Assembly: GCA_003135135.1 (NCBI GenBank)
Contig: PLDK01000007.1
Location: 2,202 to 66,201 of the forward strand
Origin: Deltaproteobacteria bacterium
Lineage (GTDB): Bacteria; Desulfobacterota; Binatia; Binatales; Binataceae
Reading direction: 5' to 3'
DNA length: 64,000 nucleotides
Part shown: in pieces, positions 48,007-58,213 of the stretch
Numbering within the stretch: position 1 is the stretch's first letter
Layout of the letters: every line of letters begins with the position of its first letter
Made by a program: the position numbers and the translations under genes
Notes under the pieces: model-generated
What the model was told of the DNA's origin: nothing
What the model saw: only the letters and a program-made list of their open reading frames with translations
Databases searched by the model: none

Positions 48007-49081
48007 TGGTTTGCGCGGCGCCAGGCGCCGCCGGCCTCTGCAATCCTTTCAGCGATCGCGCAGCCTGGATAATTTCGGCCAGCCGATCGCCGTAGGTGTG
48101 CCGCCCCTGCGTGATTTTGCTATGCCCTGCGGCTGCAATCCTGACTCTGTCCTCGTCCCGCCCAAGATAGCTGCGGACCTTGGCGACGAGTTCATCGGGC
48201 GAGTTGAAAAATGCCGCTTCGTTGTCTTCAGAGAATAGCTCGTCGTGGGTGGCGGATCTCTCGGTGAGCATGAAGCCGCCGCATGCGGGAATTTCAAAGG
48301 TGCGCATTACGTGATCGTCGCGATTCGCGCGCCTCACCAGATTGACCGAAATTTTCGCGCCGCCGACGGCCAGCCGGAAATCGCGCCCGGTTGCGTTTCC
48401 GCGCCAATATGGGCGCAGCTTCGGATAGCGATTCCAGTAGCCGCCGTATAGATGCAGGCGAAGCTCCGGGATCGCGCGGACGAGCCTCTCGAAGTATGGA
48501 GCGCGGTCATCGTCGCCGCCGCCGATAAACGTCACGTCGGATTCAAAGCGCCTGCGCTCGTCATCGTTCGCGGGCGTCTCCGGGAAATGGACCTGCGGCT
48601 TGTAACCGAAGCGGACGTAAGCGGCGTTGGCGCATCCCGCGCGCCGCACGTCGTCCATTATCGCGCGCTTGGTGCATACGTAGAGATCATAGAGCGCGAT
48701 CGATTCAACCAGGTCGCGGGTGCTGCTCGCCGGGTTGAAAGGATCATCGGTGGCCCAGTTGACCATCGATGCTCCCGTCGCCGCGCGAACCGCGGCAAGT
48801 GTGGCGGGAGCGAAATAGGCGCCCTTGCCGATCAGCACGAGATCGGGGTGCACGCGCTGCGCCTCGGCGACGAGCGCGGCGTTGAGCGCGCGATAACCGG
48901 CCGGGTGCCCGACAATGCGCCGCACGATTCGCCCCGCGATCGAGCGTTGCGCGCGGCGATACCTGGCTTCATCGAAAAACGTGAACTCGCCTTCGCCGCG
49001 CTCCGCCATCGCCTCGAGCGCTTCAAGGAAGTGCGCGCTCGCAGGCAGAAAGTCGCTTGTCTCAACGTAAAGGATTCGCAC
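47984..49081 (-). CDS. CgeB-like / DUF3880 glycosyltransferase
   Basis: MRILYVETSDFLPASAHFLEALEAM...LIGKGAYFAPATLAAV...CGGFMLTERS... is typical of CgeB-family GTs. Confidence 0.55.
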   Translation of the reverse strand: MRILYVETSDFLPASAHFLEALEAMAERGEGEFTFFDEARYRRAQRSIAGRIVRRIVGHPAGYRALNAALVAEAQRVHPDLVLIGKGAYFAPATLAAVRAATGASMVNWATDDPFNPASSTRDLVESIALYDLYVCTKRAIMDDVRRAGCANAAYVRFGYKPQVHFPETPANDDERRRFESDVTFIGGGDDDRAPYFERLVRAIPELRLHLYGGYWNRYPKLRPYWRGNATGRDFRLAVGGAKISVNLVRRANRDDHVMRTFEIPACGGFMLTERSATHDELFSEDNEAAFFNSPDELVAKVRSYLGRDEDRVRIAAAGHSKITQGRHTYGDRLAEIIQAARSLKGLQRPAAPGAAQTSEIESND

Positions 49082-49127
49082 GCAGTCTCCGGGCTCTCAA
49101 TCAGAGCGGATCAATGGAATCTTCAAT

Positions 49128-50072
49128 TCACCAGTACGAGCCGTTTTCATGAAGGCGGTAATTTCGCGGCCGCTCATCTTCGGATGGACGCGTCCACGCG
49201 TCGTTCACGAACGCGCCGATTTGCGCATTCGATACCCATCGCCCGCCCATAATCCCGAATAGCAACTGCGTCGCTCCGCCCATATGAATCCCGAAGGCGC
49301 CCAACGACTTCGCATGGATTGCCAGTGGTATCGACCATGCCCCCGCACCTATAATCGCGACGTCGAACGGACGCGCGCCAAGCTGCTCCTTCAGCGCTTC
49401 CAGGCCGGTGAACCAGTCGGGAAATTCCGGCTTGTCGATAATTCCCGCAGGCTGCGGGCAGCGCACGATGCGGAGATCAAACGCGGGCAGCACCTCGGGC
49501 TTGGCCGCCCAAATCTTTTCCCGGCGCTGATATTGAGCCCGGATCGAATCCTCGAACGGGCTTACGACGACGACCCGCTTACCTGCCAACTGCGCGCTCC
49601 ATGGCCGTTCATGGTAATACGGTTCAAGCGCGGAAAGCTCGCACAGCGTTGCGCCGGGAGCATAGCGCCGGCGCGCGGCCGCCTCGCCGAAGTTGAACCA
49701 TACGGCAAGCAGGTCGAGACCTCCGAGCGTTTCCAGGTACTCGCGGCAAAAGCGCGACAGCGTCGGCGGATCGGGCGGATAGATGCCCGCGGTGACGTGC
49801 GCCCACCATGCATAGTGCCCGAAATTGTGACAGATGCCGCCCTTGTCCCGCCGGCGCAGGTAAACTCGTGACACCTTGATCTCGGTCGCGCCAATTTTGC
49901 CCGCCGCGCCGCCGTGATGGATCATCGCTGACAATCGGTCATTGCCCTGCTCAGCACTGAGTATAGTCTCGCCCAGAAATTTCATGCGCTCGAGCAGAAA
50001 CCGATGCCGCGCGACCGGCCGAACCAGCGCTTTGGCGCGCGCGATCATTTGTTCACGCATCATGCGGTCCAC
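49128..50072 (-). CDS. hypothetical protein of the polysaccharide locus (possible transferase)
   Basis: 314-aa ORF with good coding appearance (..KRVVVVSPFEDSIRAQYQRREKIW..VAIIGAGAWSIPLAIHAKSLGAFGIHMGGATQLL..). No motif recognised with confidence. Confidence 0.4.
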   Translation of the reverse strand: MDRMMREQMIARAKALVRPVARHRFLLERMKFLGETILSAEQGNDRLSAMIHHGGAAGKIGATEIKVSRVYLRRRDKGGICHNFGHYAWWAHVTAGIYPPDPPTLSRFCREYLETLGGLDLLAVWFNFGEAAARRRYAPGATLCELSALEPYYHERPWSAQLAGKRVVVVSPFEDSIRAQYQRREKIWAAKPEVLPAFDLRIVRCPQPAGIIDKPEFPDWFTGLEALKEQLGARPFDVAIIGAGAWSIPLAIHAKSLGAFGIHMGGATQLLFGIMGGRWVSNAQIGAFVNDAWTRPSEDERPRNYRLHENGSYW

Positions 50073-50091
50073 CAGTTACCATTTTACTATT

Positions 50092-51249
50092 TCACCGCCC
50101 CGCGGCTGCGCATGCGGCGAGCGCGGCCTGATACATCGCCGCCATCTGCTCGCCGTAACTGTTCCATCCGCCCAGCGCGCGCACCCGGGCAAGAGCGGCG
50201 GCGCCCATCGCGTCGCGCACCTCCGGATGCTCACGCAGAAAGACGATTTTGTCGGCGATCGCGGCCCCGTCGCGAATCGGAACGATGAACCCTTCGACAC
50301 CGTCGGTGAACAGATCCTCGGCGCCGGTGTTGGTCGTCGCGATCACCGGAACGCCGCATGCCATCGCCTGCGCCATGACCAACCCGAAGCCGTCCTCGAT
50401 TGACGGGAGGACCAGCACAGAGGCCTGCGAATAATGCGCGGCGAGCTCAGTGCGGGGGAGCACGCCCAGCTGGCGGAGCGGCACATCGCACTTGGCGACT
50501 ACGCGCGCCGCGTCCTTATCGACGTCTCCAATCAGCACCAGGTCGAGCGCCCCAATCGCAGCGCGCTTTACCGCCTCGAGCAGGTAAGCGATTCCCTTGC
50601 GAATCGAAATCGAACCGACAAACAGCACGCGGAAGACGGCGTCGCGCTTGGGCATCGGATGGAACATCGAGAGATCGACGCCGTAGGGATTAAGCCGCAG
50701 CTTGTCGCGCGGCACGCCCTTCTCGACGAACGATCGGAGCGAGAAGCTGGACGGCACGGTGATCAGGTCGCAGAATTCGTACTCGGCAAGCTCGCGCTCG
50801 ATGATGCGCGCGTCGGTCCCGCGATATGGGATGCCGCAGTGCTCGTATTCCTCGCGCAAAATCTCATTTTGGAACGTGATATGCGATGAGCCCCGATCGC
50901 ATACCGTAAGCGCTCGGTACTTTGAGCGCGCTGCTCGATGGCTCTGCAAGCCGAAGCTGGATAGGCAATGGAACACGTCGCACGGCGCGAGCCTCTTCGC
51001 CATCCAGCGATCGAACGTCTCGATCATCGGAAAATTCAGGCGCTCGCGCAGTCCCGGCAATCCAAAACGTCCCGCGAGCTCGGCGGCTCCCATGATCCAG
51101 GGGAAAGTACTTACCTTCGCGGCGGGCAATCCATCCACCTTGAAGCGCGGATAGGCGGTGTAGAGGCGGGTCAGATGGCCGAGGCGTTCCATCTGGCGCG
51201 CCAGATCAAAGGCGTGAAACCGGCCGACGCTGGCTACACAGATCTTCAT
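50092..51249 (-). CDS. GT4-family glycosyltransferase
   Basis: MKICVASVGRFHAFDLARQM...VLFVGSISIRKGIAYLLEAV...LVLPSIEDGFGLVMAQAMACGVPVIAT... Its ATG overlaps the upstream stop as ATGA (51246-51249). Confidence 0.8.
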   Translation of the reverse strand: MKICVASVGRFHAFDLARQMERLGHLTRLYTAYPRFKVDGLPAAKVSTFPWIMGAAELAGRFGLPGLRERLNFPMIETFDRWMAKRLAPCDVFHCLSSFGLQSHRAARSKYRALTVCDRGSSHITFQNEILREEYEHCGIPYRGTDARIIERELAEYEFCDLITVPSSFSLRSFVEKGVPRDKLRLNPYGVDLSMFHPMPKRDAVFRVLFVGSISIRKGIAYLLEAVKRAAIGALDLVLIGDVDKDAARVVAKCDVPLRQLGVLPRTELAAHYSQASVLVLPSIEDGFGLVMAQAMACGVPVIATTNTGAEDLFTDGVEGFIVPIRDGAAIADKIVFLREHPEVRDAMGAAALARVRALGGWNSYGEQMAAMYQAALAACAAAGR

Positions 51250-52478
51250 GATGCCGGCGTTGCCTGCGGCTGCGTAAGATCGCATGCCGGAACTTGGCTG
51301 GGTTTCGCCACACCGCTCAATTCGAAAATGCGATCGAGCACCGGGGCAAAGACACGCTCGTAGTTATATTGTTCCTCGAATGCGCGCCGCGCCGCGCGGC
51401 TCATCGTGGCGTATCGCTCGCGGTCCGCGAAGATCGACGTGATCGCGCGCGCGATCGATCCCGGATCTTCGATGTCGGCATACGTCACCCACTCCGCATC
51501 GCCCAGGAAGTCGCGGTAGCTCTCGCGATCCGGCACTACCACCGGCAATCCCATCGCCGCGTATTCGAACAGCTTGTTGCTCGCCGATCCCAGGTATTCC
51601 AGATTCTTCGTCGCTGGCTTGTGGAGCGCGAGTCCCACCGACGCGCGGGAAGCCCGCGCGCGCAACTCATCAAGCGGCAACCATCCGTCCAGCCGGACTC
51701 GCTGCGTGACGCCAAGCTCGCGTGCGAGCGCGTTGAACCTCGCCTCGAATTCAGCAAGATAGCCGCCGATCACCCGCATCCGAATGCTGCCGTCCGTCAT
51801 CGCTAGCGCGCGCAGTCCCTCCAGATGGCCGTTGGCGGCGCTCGCGTAACCGACGTAAACCAATTCCCGCGCGCGATATCTCATCGCGATCGTCTCGTTC
51901 CAATCTGCCGGCCCGGGAAAGTAACTCCGATCGGGACAATTCGGCACGATTATCGGCGCGCGCGAGTCTCCCGCAGCCGTTAGCCAGTGGCGGGCACGAT
52001 ACTTTTCCGGAAACACTGCTGCATCTGCCGACTTGGTGCCGGTTAACGCCGCCTTTACGACCCACGTTTGCATCGAGGTCCACGAGAGACTCGCCGTCTC
52101 CGGCAACTCGTGGAGGTGAAATATCAGCGGCGTCGCTCTCGCGCCCATCCGCCCGACAATGCTTGCGACCAACGCGTACGGGTCGTACGAATAGACAATC
52201 GCCGGCTGCATCTGCTTGACCAGCGCGCGGGTCCGAGCGATGAATTTCGCATATTCGATCAGCTTTGCACCCGCGCCCGCCGCCTCTTTTTCGCGCGGCG
52301 ATGCGTACGCACCGAATCGCTCGATAGTCACATCGGCGGCCCATTCTTCAATCGGCTCGGCCATGTTCCGGCAAAGAATGTGTATAGTGAAATAGCTACT
52401 TAGTATCCGAACTGCATACACTGTCGGCGGATAATAATCCGGATTCGCGTATATCGTGATAAGCAATCGGGGTTTCAT
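51246..52478 (-). CDS. GT4-like glycosyltransferase
   Basis: MKPRLLITIYANPDYYPPTVYAVRIL...LVYVGYASAANGHLEGL...GLALHKPATKNLEYLGSASNKLFEYAAMGLPVVV... Confidence 0.7.
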   Translation of the reverse strand: MKPRLLITIYANPDYYPPTVYAVRILSSYFTIHILCRNMAEPIEEWAADVTIERFGAYASPREKEAAGAGAKLIEYAKFIARTRALVKQMQPAIVYSYDPYALVASIVGRMGARATPLIFHLHELPETASLSWTSMQTWVVKAALTGTKSADAAVFPEKYRARHWLTAAGDSRAPIIVPNCPDRSYFPGPADWNETIAMRYRARELVYVGYASAANGHLEGLRALAMTDGSIRMRVIGGYLAEFEARFNALARELGVTQRVRLDGWLPLDELRARASRASVGLALHKPATKNLEYLGSASNKLFEYAAMGLPVVVPDRESYRDFLGDAEWVTYADIEDPGSIARAITSIFADRERYATMSRAARRAFEEQYNYERVFAPVLDRIFELSGVAKPSQVPACDLTQPQATPAS

Positions 52479-53296
52479 TTCCGAAGCGCGATCACGTGCC
52501 CGTATTCGCTGATGCTCGAAACCGCGGCGCCCCCCATATCCTCGACTTTGAAGCCCAATTCATCCAGCAGGCCGAGAAAGCTCGCGCTGGTCGTGCCCGC
52601 CTCCGCCCACGCGAAAGGATGCACTTCCACCAGGATCGCCCGGGGACGCCGATGTTGTTCAGTCAGGATCGTTCGCGCACCCTGGATAACCTGTTGCTCG
52701 AAGCCCTCGACGTCGATTTTGATGACATCGATTCGCCCGCTGGCAAGCGCCCCGTCGAGCGTGACAAGCGGCACCGTAATCACGCCGTCGCCCGAATCCG
52801 AACGCGTCTCGATTCGCGATTCCATTCCCCGCGCCGCGGCAAAGCAGACTTGTCCGCTGCTCTGGCCGACCGCGGCTCTGATCACGGTTATTCTGTCTTG
52901 CCAGCCGTTAACTCTAACGTTGGCTTCCAGAGCCGATACACTCTGAGGATCGGGTTCGAACGCCGTGACATGGCCCCTCTCCCCGACTCGTCCCGCGAAC
53001 GCCAGCGCGTAGAGTCCAAAACTTGCGCCGACTTCCACCACCTGGTCGCCCGTCCTGACTTCGCGCATCACGCGGCCCCAGACCGCCGGTTCATACTCTT
53101 GCGCAACGAACCCACGCGACTGCGGGCTCAGGCGGATTCTGTCAGTGCCATTGATCACCCGTTCCAGGCCGTGACCCCGCGCAATTGTCGCCAGCATGCG
53201 ATCGTACGCAGGCCGGATCCGGTTCCACAACCAATCGGCATGTTCCAACCCCGGTGCGTGACGGATTGCAGCGCTGGCTCGTTCCAGGATGTTCAT
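52475..53296 (-). CDS. FkbM-family methyltransferase
   Basis: ..VVEVGASFGLYALAFAGRVGERGHVTAFEPDPQS....IDVIKIDVEGFEQQVIQGA... Start MNILERA at 53296 overlaps the GT-C stop as ATGA. Confidence 0.8.
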   Translation of the reverse strand: MNILERASAAIRHAPGLEHADWLWNRIRPAYDRMLATIARGHGLERVINGTDRIRLSPQSRGFVAQEYEPAVWGRVMREVRTGDQVVEVGASFGLYALAFAGRVGERGHVTAFEPDPQSVSALEANVRVNGWQDRITVIRAAVGQSSGQVCFAAARGMESRIETRSDSGDGVITVPLVTLDGALASGRIDVIKIDVEGFEQQVIQGARTILTEQHRRPRAILVEVHPFAWAEAGTTSASFLGLLDELGFKVEDMGGAAVSSISEYGHVIALRK

Positions 53297-54942
53297 GATT
53301 TCCGATTCATTGCGGGCGTTCGTCCAAAAGCGGTGAACCTGACAGGCTGCGGCACAGCTGCGGAGGAAGCATCGGGCGTGTCGTAGAGCCACACCGTTAC
53401 TCCGTTGAAAATGACTGGAGGATGGGTCCGGTATTCGTGCGCCAGCGCGGCAGCCAACTGCACGAATTCCGGTTTGTTCGGGTCGCGCGGATCGAGATCA
53501 ATACCGCCCGGTTTCATGAGCCAGATGCGACGGTAACTCTTCGGGAGTGAATCGACCTTCCCCAGCACACCGCTGGTATAGGACGGAAACCGATTCGTCA
53601 CGATTCGAATCCCATCCACGATATCGCGGTTCTTGCCCAGTATAACGGGGGAAGCATCAGTTTTTGGTTCTCGTGCGGCATAATATTGGAACACGTAGCG
53701 GCACTCCGGGGTGAAGAAAATCGCAGCGTCGCCGGGTTGGCCGTGCCTCATCACGTATTGAGCCGTGCTGCGCCAGTCATCCCGTGAGCGTGAATTGTAT
53801 GAGTCGCGCAGTTCCCACGCAGTCATGGCGACAAGTGCGGCGACAACGATGAGCGCTGCCTTCCGCGGGCGAACAGTCAAAAGGCCTTGCGCGGCGAGTA
53901 CTACGAAAGGCGGAAAGCAAAGCAGGAGATACCGCCCTATCAGCATCGGCACGAAAAACCCGCCCGCGATCGTTGCCATGATCGGAACCAGAAATCCGGC
54001 TGACGCAAATGCGCAACTCTCCCATCCGGACCGATCGTTTCCCTTCTGAAATGACCCGAGAAAGGCCCAGACGAGAAGAAGGACATACGTCAGGCGTAAA
54101 ATCACGCCGGCATTGCCGTGAAGCCCACCGGAGACTGTCACGAAAACATCGGCGATCTCCGCCCATGAAAGCGGAGCAATCCAGCCCGCCTGTCCGGAGT
54201 TCAGCGTCACCATGAAAACCGGAATTAGCGCCAAAGCGACTGCGGCAGCCGCAGTCGCCAGAGCGAGCCTCTTGACGGATGAGAAATCGGGACGCCGAAT
54301 CGCGATGCAGACCCATTGCGCGGGGATAATGCCCAATCCAATAAAATGGCAATAACCCGTGAGCACCATCAGCACGGACCATATGCTCAGATTTCGCGGC
54401 CGGGAATTGTGAAGAGCCGCCAGAAACGCGAGCCAGCACAGGGCGCTCAGAAGTACATAGAGCGAATAGCCGCGCACCTCCTGGGAATACCAGATTTGCA
54501 CCGGGCTGACGGCGGTCATCGCGGCCGCGATCAATCCTGCCCGGCGGCTGAACAGCCGCTCACCGAGATAATAGATCGCCACGATAGCCACGAGGCCAAA
54601 CACTACCGACAACGAGCGCAGCGCCACCTCGCCGGTCCCAAAACAGAGGGTCCAGGGTTTCAAGAGCACGAAGTAAAACGCAGTCCAGGGCTCGTAAAGT
54701 ATCGACAACCAAAATGGGCGCCACGGCTGCATCACGATAGCGGCGCTGAAGCCCTCATCACCCCAGAGGCTGTAGTCGGTGATTTTTAGGATTCGCAGCG
54801 CCGCGCCGGCCAGAACGATGAGCGCAAGCGCAGTCGCCGGTTTCGAAAACCATCGAATCAGCTCGGCACGCGGCTTGCGGCTCTGGGTATTGGCGCGTCC
54901 GGGAAGACCCGGCGTCTGAGACGCGGCGACGGCGTTGGTCAT
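53293..54942 (-). CDS. GT-C-fold membrane glycosyltransferase (GT39/GT83, ArnT/PMT-like)
   Basis: ..ILKITDYSLWGDEGFSAAIV... DE-loop motif, more than 10 TMs, C-terminal periplasmic domain. Confidence 0.75.
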   Translation of the reverse strand: MTNAVAASQTPGLPGRANTQSRKPRAELIRWFSKPATALALIVLAGAALRILKITDYSLWGDEGFSAAIVMQPWRPFWLSILYEPWTAFYFVLLKPWTLCFGTGEVALRSLSVVFGLVAIVAIYYLGERLFSRRAGLIAAAMTAVSPVQIWYSQEVRGYSLYVLLSALCWLAFLAALHNSRPRNLSIWSVLMVLTGYCHFIGLGIIPAQWVCIAIRRPDFSSVKRLALATAAAAVALALIPVFMVTLNSGQAGWIAPLSWAEIADVFVTVSGGLHGNAGVILRLTYVLLLVWAFLGSFQKGNDRSGWESCAFASAGFLVPIMATIAGGFFVPMLIGRYLLLCFPPFVVLAAQGLLTVRPRKAALIVVAALVAMTAWELRDSYNSRSRDDWRSTAQYVMRHGQPGDAAIFFTPECRYVFQYYAAREPKTDASPVILGKNRDIVDGIRIVTNRFPSYTSGVLGKVDSLPKSYRRIWLMKPGGIDLDPRDPNKPEFVQLAAALAHEYRTHPPVIFNGVTVWLYDTPDASSAAVPQPVRFTAFGRTPAMNRKS

Positions 54943-54994
54943 GAGTTAACCGGGTAGAAGACGGGCTCGTTCCAGGATGTTCATGATTTCCGAT

Positions 54995-56026
54995 TCATTG
55001 CGGGCGTTCCTCCAAAACTGGAGGACCTGTCAGGCTGCGGCGCAGCCCCGGTGGAAACATCGGGGACAGCATTCGCGCAACTTTGGCGGGAAGCAGGGCC
55101 CACCCGAGCCGGCAATAGGTCTTCAACATCAGCGGACTATAGCGAATCGATGCGCGGTAGCATCGCCGCGCGAACCAGCGATTGCCGTCGTGCATCGCCA
55201 TCAACCCGACTCCGACCAGCTCGTGTGCGATCGTATTGACCGCCGATTCGGCAAGTGTGCGGCCGCGAGCGCCGAAGTGCTCGCGCACCAGTCGTGCAAA
55301 GACAGTGCTTCCCTCGAATCGGCGCGCGAACTCGCGGAATGCTTGCGCCGAATCGACCTCCAAACGCCGGCTGCGCAGCCGGTTGGCGTACTGTGCGGCG
55401 AATTCCCTGAACGGGCGCCGGACCAGCGTCTCGGGTACGTACCGAATTTCGCCGCGCTCGCGCACCAGCAGCATAATGAAGGTGTCCTCGAAGCCGTAAT
55501 GTCCCGCCTCGAATTCCTCCGAGTACCCGCCGATCGCCAGCAGCGTATCCCGCCGTATGACGGTCGCGCTGGGCAGGTACACCCACAGCCGATCGAGCAT
55601 CTCGTCGAGCGCCGGCGAATGCTGGAATTCGGGTGGAACACAGCACCAAAGTTTCCTGCCTGCGCCGTCCAGCACGATCACGTTCGAATACACCGCCACA
55701 CACGCCGGATTTTTATCGAGCACCGGCACGGTCTTCGACAGCTTGTCCTCCATCCACGTATCGTCGCCGTCCAGCGGCGCGATGTATTCGCCCGACGCCG
55801 CTCTGATACCGGCGTTGCGCGCCACCGACACGCCCGAGTTCTTTTGATCGATCACGCGGATCCGATCGCCGAATTTTGCCAGTATCCCGCGGGTGCCGTC
55901 GGTCGAGCCATCGTTGACGACGATCACCTCGAACTTGGCATCGAACCGCTGTGCCAGCGCGCTTTCCACCGTGGCCGCAATCGTGCCTTCGTCGTTATAG
56001 GTGGGAATCACGACCGACACTTTCAT
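54995..56026 (-). CDS. GT2-family glycosyltransferase (copy A)
   Basis: MKVSVVIPTYNDEGTIAATVESALAQ...VIVVNDGSTDGT...LDGDD... About 85% aa identity to copy B. ATG at 56024-56026. Confidence 0.85.
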   Translation of the reverse strand: MKVSVVIPTYNDEGTIAATVESALAQRFDAKFEVIVVNDGSTDGTRGILAKFGDRIRVIDQKNSGVSVARNAGIRAASGEYIAPLDGDDTWMEDKLSKTVPVLDKNPACVAVYSNVIVLDGAGRKLWCCVPPEFQHSPALDEMLDRLWVYLPSATVIRRDTLLAIGGYSEEFEAGHYGFEDTFIMLLVRERGEIRYVPETLVRRPFREFAAQYANRLRSRRLEVDSAQAFREFARRFEGSTVFARLVREHFGARGRTLAESAVNTIAHELVGVGLMAMHDGNRWFARRCYRASIRYSPLMLKTYCRLGWALLPAKVARMLSPMFPPGLRRSLTGPPVLEERPQ

Positions 56027-56164
56027 TGCGGGCGTTCCTCGAAAACCGGCGGGCCTGACAGGCTGCGCCGCAACCCCTGCGGAAGCATCGGCGACAGCAT
56101 TCCCGCAACTTTGGCGGGCAGCATCGCCCACCCCAGCCGGAAATAGGTCTTCAGCATCCGCGGA

Positions 56165-57127
56165 TTATAGCGAATCGACGCGTGGTAGCATCGCCGCGCG
56201 GCGCATGATCACCCTCAGCTCGACCCCGGCTCCGCGCTTCTCAGCGTGATCGAAGCGCAGGCGGTTGACTCGATTCGCGAGCGCGATGTGGGGCTGCAGT
56301 AGGAGGCGCGCGAGTCGAGGTATCCTGTACGTTCGATATGGATATTCCATAGCCGGATAACCCTCCGACCAGCTTCGTTCGATTACGATGCCGTGGGGTG
56401 AGCCCAGTCTCCGCAGGCTCTCGACCGACAGATAACATACGTGCTCAAGGCACCGGTTCAAATACGACCAGCGGCGGCGCGTGAGCATAAGTGCGCTCGC
56501 ATTGGGAGTGAATATGACCATTACGCCCCCAGGTTTGAGGCATCTCGCGGCCTCGGCAAAAAACGCCGCAACATCTTTAATGTGCTCAAGGACGTCAATC
56601 ATCACGACGATGTCGAATTCGCTAGGAGCGAAATTTGCGGTGCGGAGCGTATCGTGGCGGAGATCCAAACCAAAGTGTTCGCGTCCATATTTCAGTGCGA
56701 CCTGGTTCACATCCAGTCCGACCAACCGGGACGGACCAAGTTGCTTCAGGCTGAAGAGCAATGCTCCATCGGAGCATCCGATCTCTAGAATTGATTTTCC
56801 CCGCAGATCAAGGCTCGCCAATGCTGAATGTCCCAGCAGCGTGCCATTGATCAGGGCTCGCTCTCTTTCTCCGTGATAATCCCACTCCGGGGTGTAGCCA
56901 ATACGCCGGCGGTTCCATGAATCACCGGAGTAGTATTCCGCAGTGTAACATTCACCGATTGCCTCATCGGTAGGTACCGGATCGAGGAACAATAGAGCGC
57001 ACTGCGGACACCGCTTGACCCCTAAACCGTCGATACGAACCGCCGATTTACGGTGCGGTGCGGGCGCGGAACACGCGGGACAGGATGGCTGAGGAATGAG
57101 GTCGGTCGCTGACCAAACGCTAATCAA
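56165..57127 (-). CDS. class I SAM-dependent methyltransferase with an N-terminal Cys4 ribbon
   Basis: CPACSAP...CPQC, then ILEIGCSDGALLFSLKQLG...FDIVVMIDVLEHI...LKPGGVMVIFTP. TTG start at 57125-57127. Its last about 20 codons are read in an alternate frame of a GT2 3'-end remnant. Confidence 0.7.
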   Translation of the reverse strand: MISVWSATDLIPQPSCPACSAPAPHRKSAVRIDGLGVKRCPQCALLFLDPVPTDEAIGECYTAEYYSGDSWNRRRIGYTPEWDYHGERERALINGTLLGHSALASLDLRGKSILEIGCSDGALLFSLKQLGPSRLVGLDVNQVALKYGREHFGLDLRHDTLRTANFAPSEFDIVVMIDVLEHIKDVAAFFAEAARCLKPGGVMVIFTPNASALMLTRRRWSYLNRCLEHVCYLSVESLRRLGSPHGIVIERSWSEGYPAMEYPYRTYRIPRLARLLLQPHIALANRVNRLRFDHAEKRGAGVELRVIMRRAAMLPRVDSL

Positions 57128-57181
57128 GCAATCCCTCCGTCTGCAACGCTGGCTCGTGCCAGGAAGTTCATGATTCCCGAT

Positions 57182-58213
57182 TCATTGCGGGCGTTCCTCG
57201 AAAACCGGCGGCCCTGACAGGCTACGCCGCAACCCATGCGGAAGCATCGGCGACAGCATTCCCGCAACTTTGGCGGGCAGCATCGCCCACCCCAGCCGGA
57301 AATAGGTCTTCAGCATCCGCGGATTATAGCGAATCGACGCGCGGTAGCATCGCCGCGCAAGCCGGCGATCGCCCTGGTGCATCGCCATCAACCCGACTCC
57401 GATCAGCTCGCGTGCGACGCTATCGATCGCCAATGCCGCAATTTTGCGGCCGCGAGCGCCGAAGTGCTCGCGCGTCAATCGCGCAAAGACAATGTTTGCC
57501 TCGTAGCGGCGTTCGAACTCGCGAAATGCTTGCGCTGAATCGATCTCGAAGCGCCGGCTGCGCATCCGGTTGGCGAGGTGTTCGCGAAATTCCCGGTAAC
57601 GGTACCGGACCAGCGTCTCGGGCACGTAGAGAATTTCGCCGCGCTCCCGCACCAGCAGCATAATGAAAACGTCCTCGTAAGCATAATGTTCCGGCTTGAA
57701 TTTCTCCGAGAAGCCGCCGATCGCCAGGATCGTCTCGCGCCGGATGACGCACGCGCTGGGCAGGTACGCCCACAGCCGATCGAGCATCTCGTCGAGCGTC
57801 GGTGAATGCCGGAATTCCGGCGTGACCGGGTACGAAACGACCCTGCCCGCATCGTCCACCCCGATCACGTTCGAAGCCACCGCCACGCACGCCGGATTTT
57901 CATCGAGCACCGGCACCGTCTTCGCCAGCTTGTCCTCGGTCCACGTGTCGTCGCCGTCCAGCAGTGCGATATATTCGCCCGACGCCGCTCTGATGCCGGC
58001 GTTGCGCGCCGCCGACACGCCCGAGTTCTTTTGATCGATCACCCGGATCCGATCGCCGAATTTTGCCAGTATCCCGCGTGTGCCGTCGGTCGAGCCGTCG
58101 TTGACGACGATCACCTCGAACCCGGCCTCGAACCGCTGCGCCAGTGCGCTCTCCACCGTGGCCGCAATCGTGCCTTCGTCGTTATAGGTGGGAATCACGA
58201 CCGACACTTTCAT
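57182..58213 (-). CDS. GT2-family glycosyltransferase (copy B, tandem paralogue of copy A)
   Basis: MKVSVVIPTYNDEGTIAATVESALAQRFEAGFEVIVVNDGSTDGT... Start ATGA-overlaps the stop of 58210-59634. Confidence 0.85.
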   Translation of the reverse strand: MKVSVVIPTYNDEGTIAATVESALAQRFEAGFEVIVVNDGSTDGTRGILAKFGDRIRVIDQKNSGVSAARNAGIRAASGEYIALLDGDDTWTEDKLAKTVPVLDENPACVAVASNVIGVDDAGRVVSYPVTPEFRHSPTLDEMLDRLWAYLPSACVIRRETILAIGGFSEKFKPEHYAYEDVFIMLLVRERGEILYVPETLVRYRYREFREHLANRMRSRRFEIDSAQAFREFERRYEANIVFARLTREHFGARGRKIAALAIDSVARELIGVGLMAMHQGDRRLARRCYRASIRYNPRMLKTYFRLGWAMLPAKVAGMLSPMLPHGLRRSLSGPPVFEERPQ

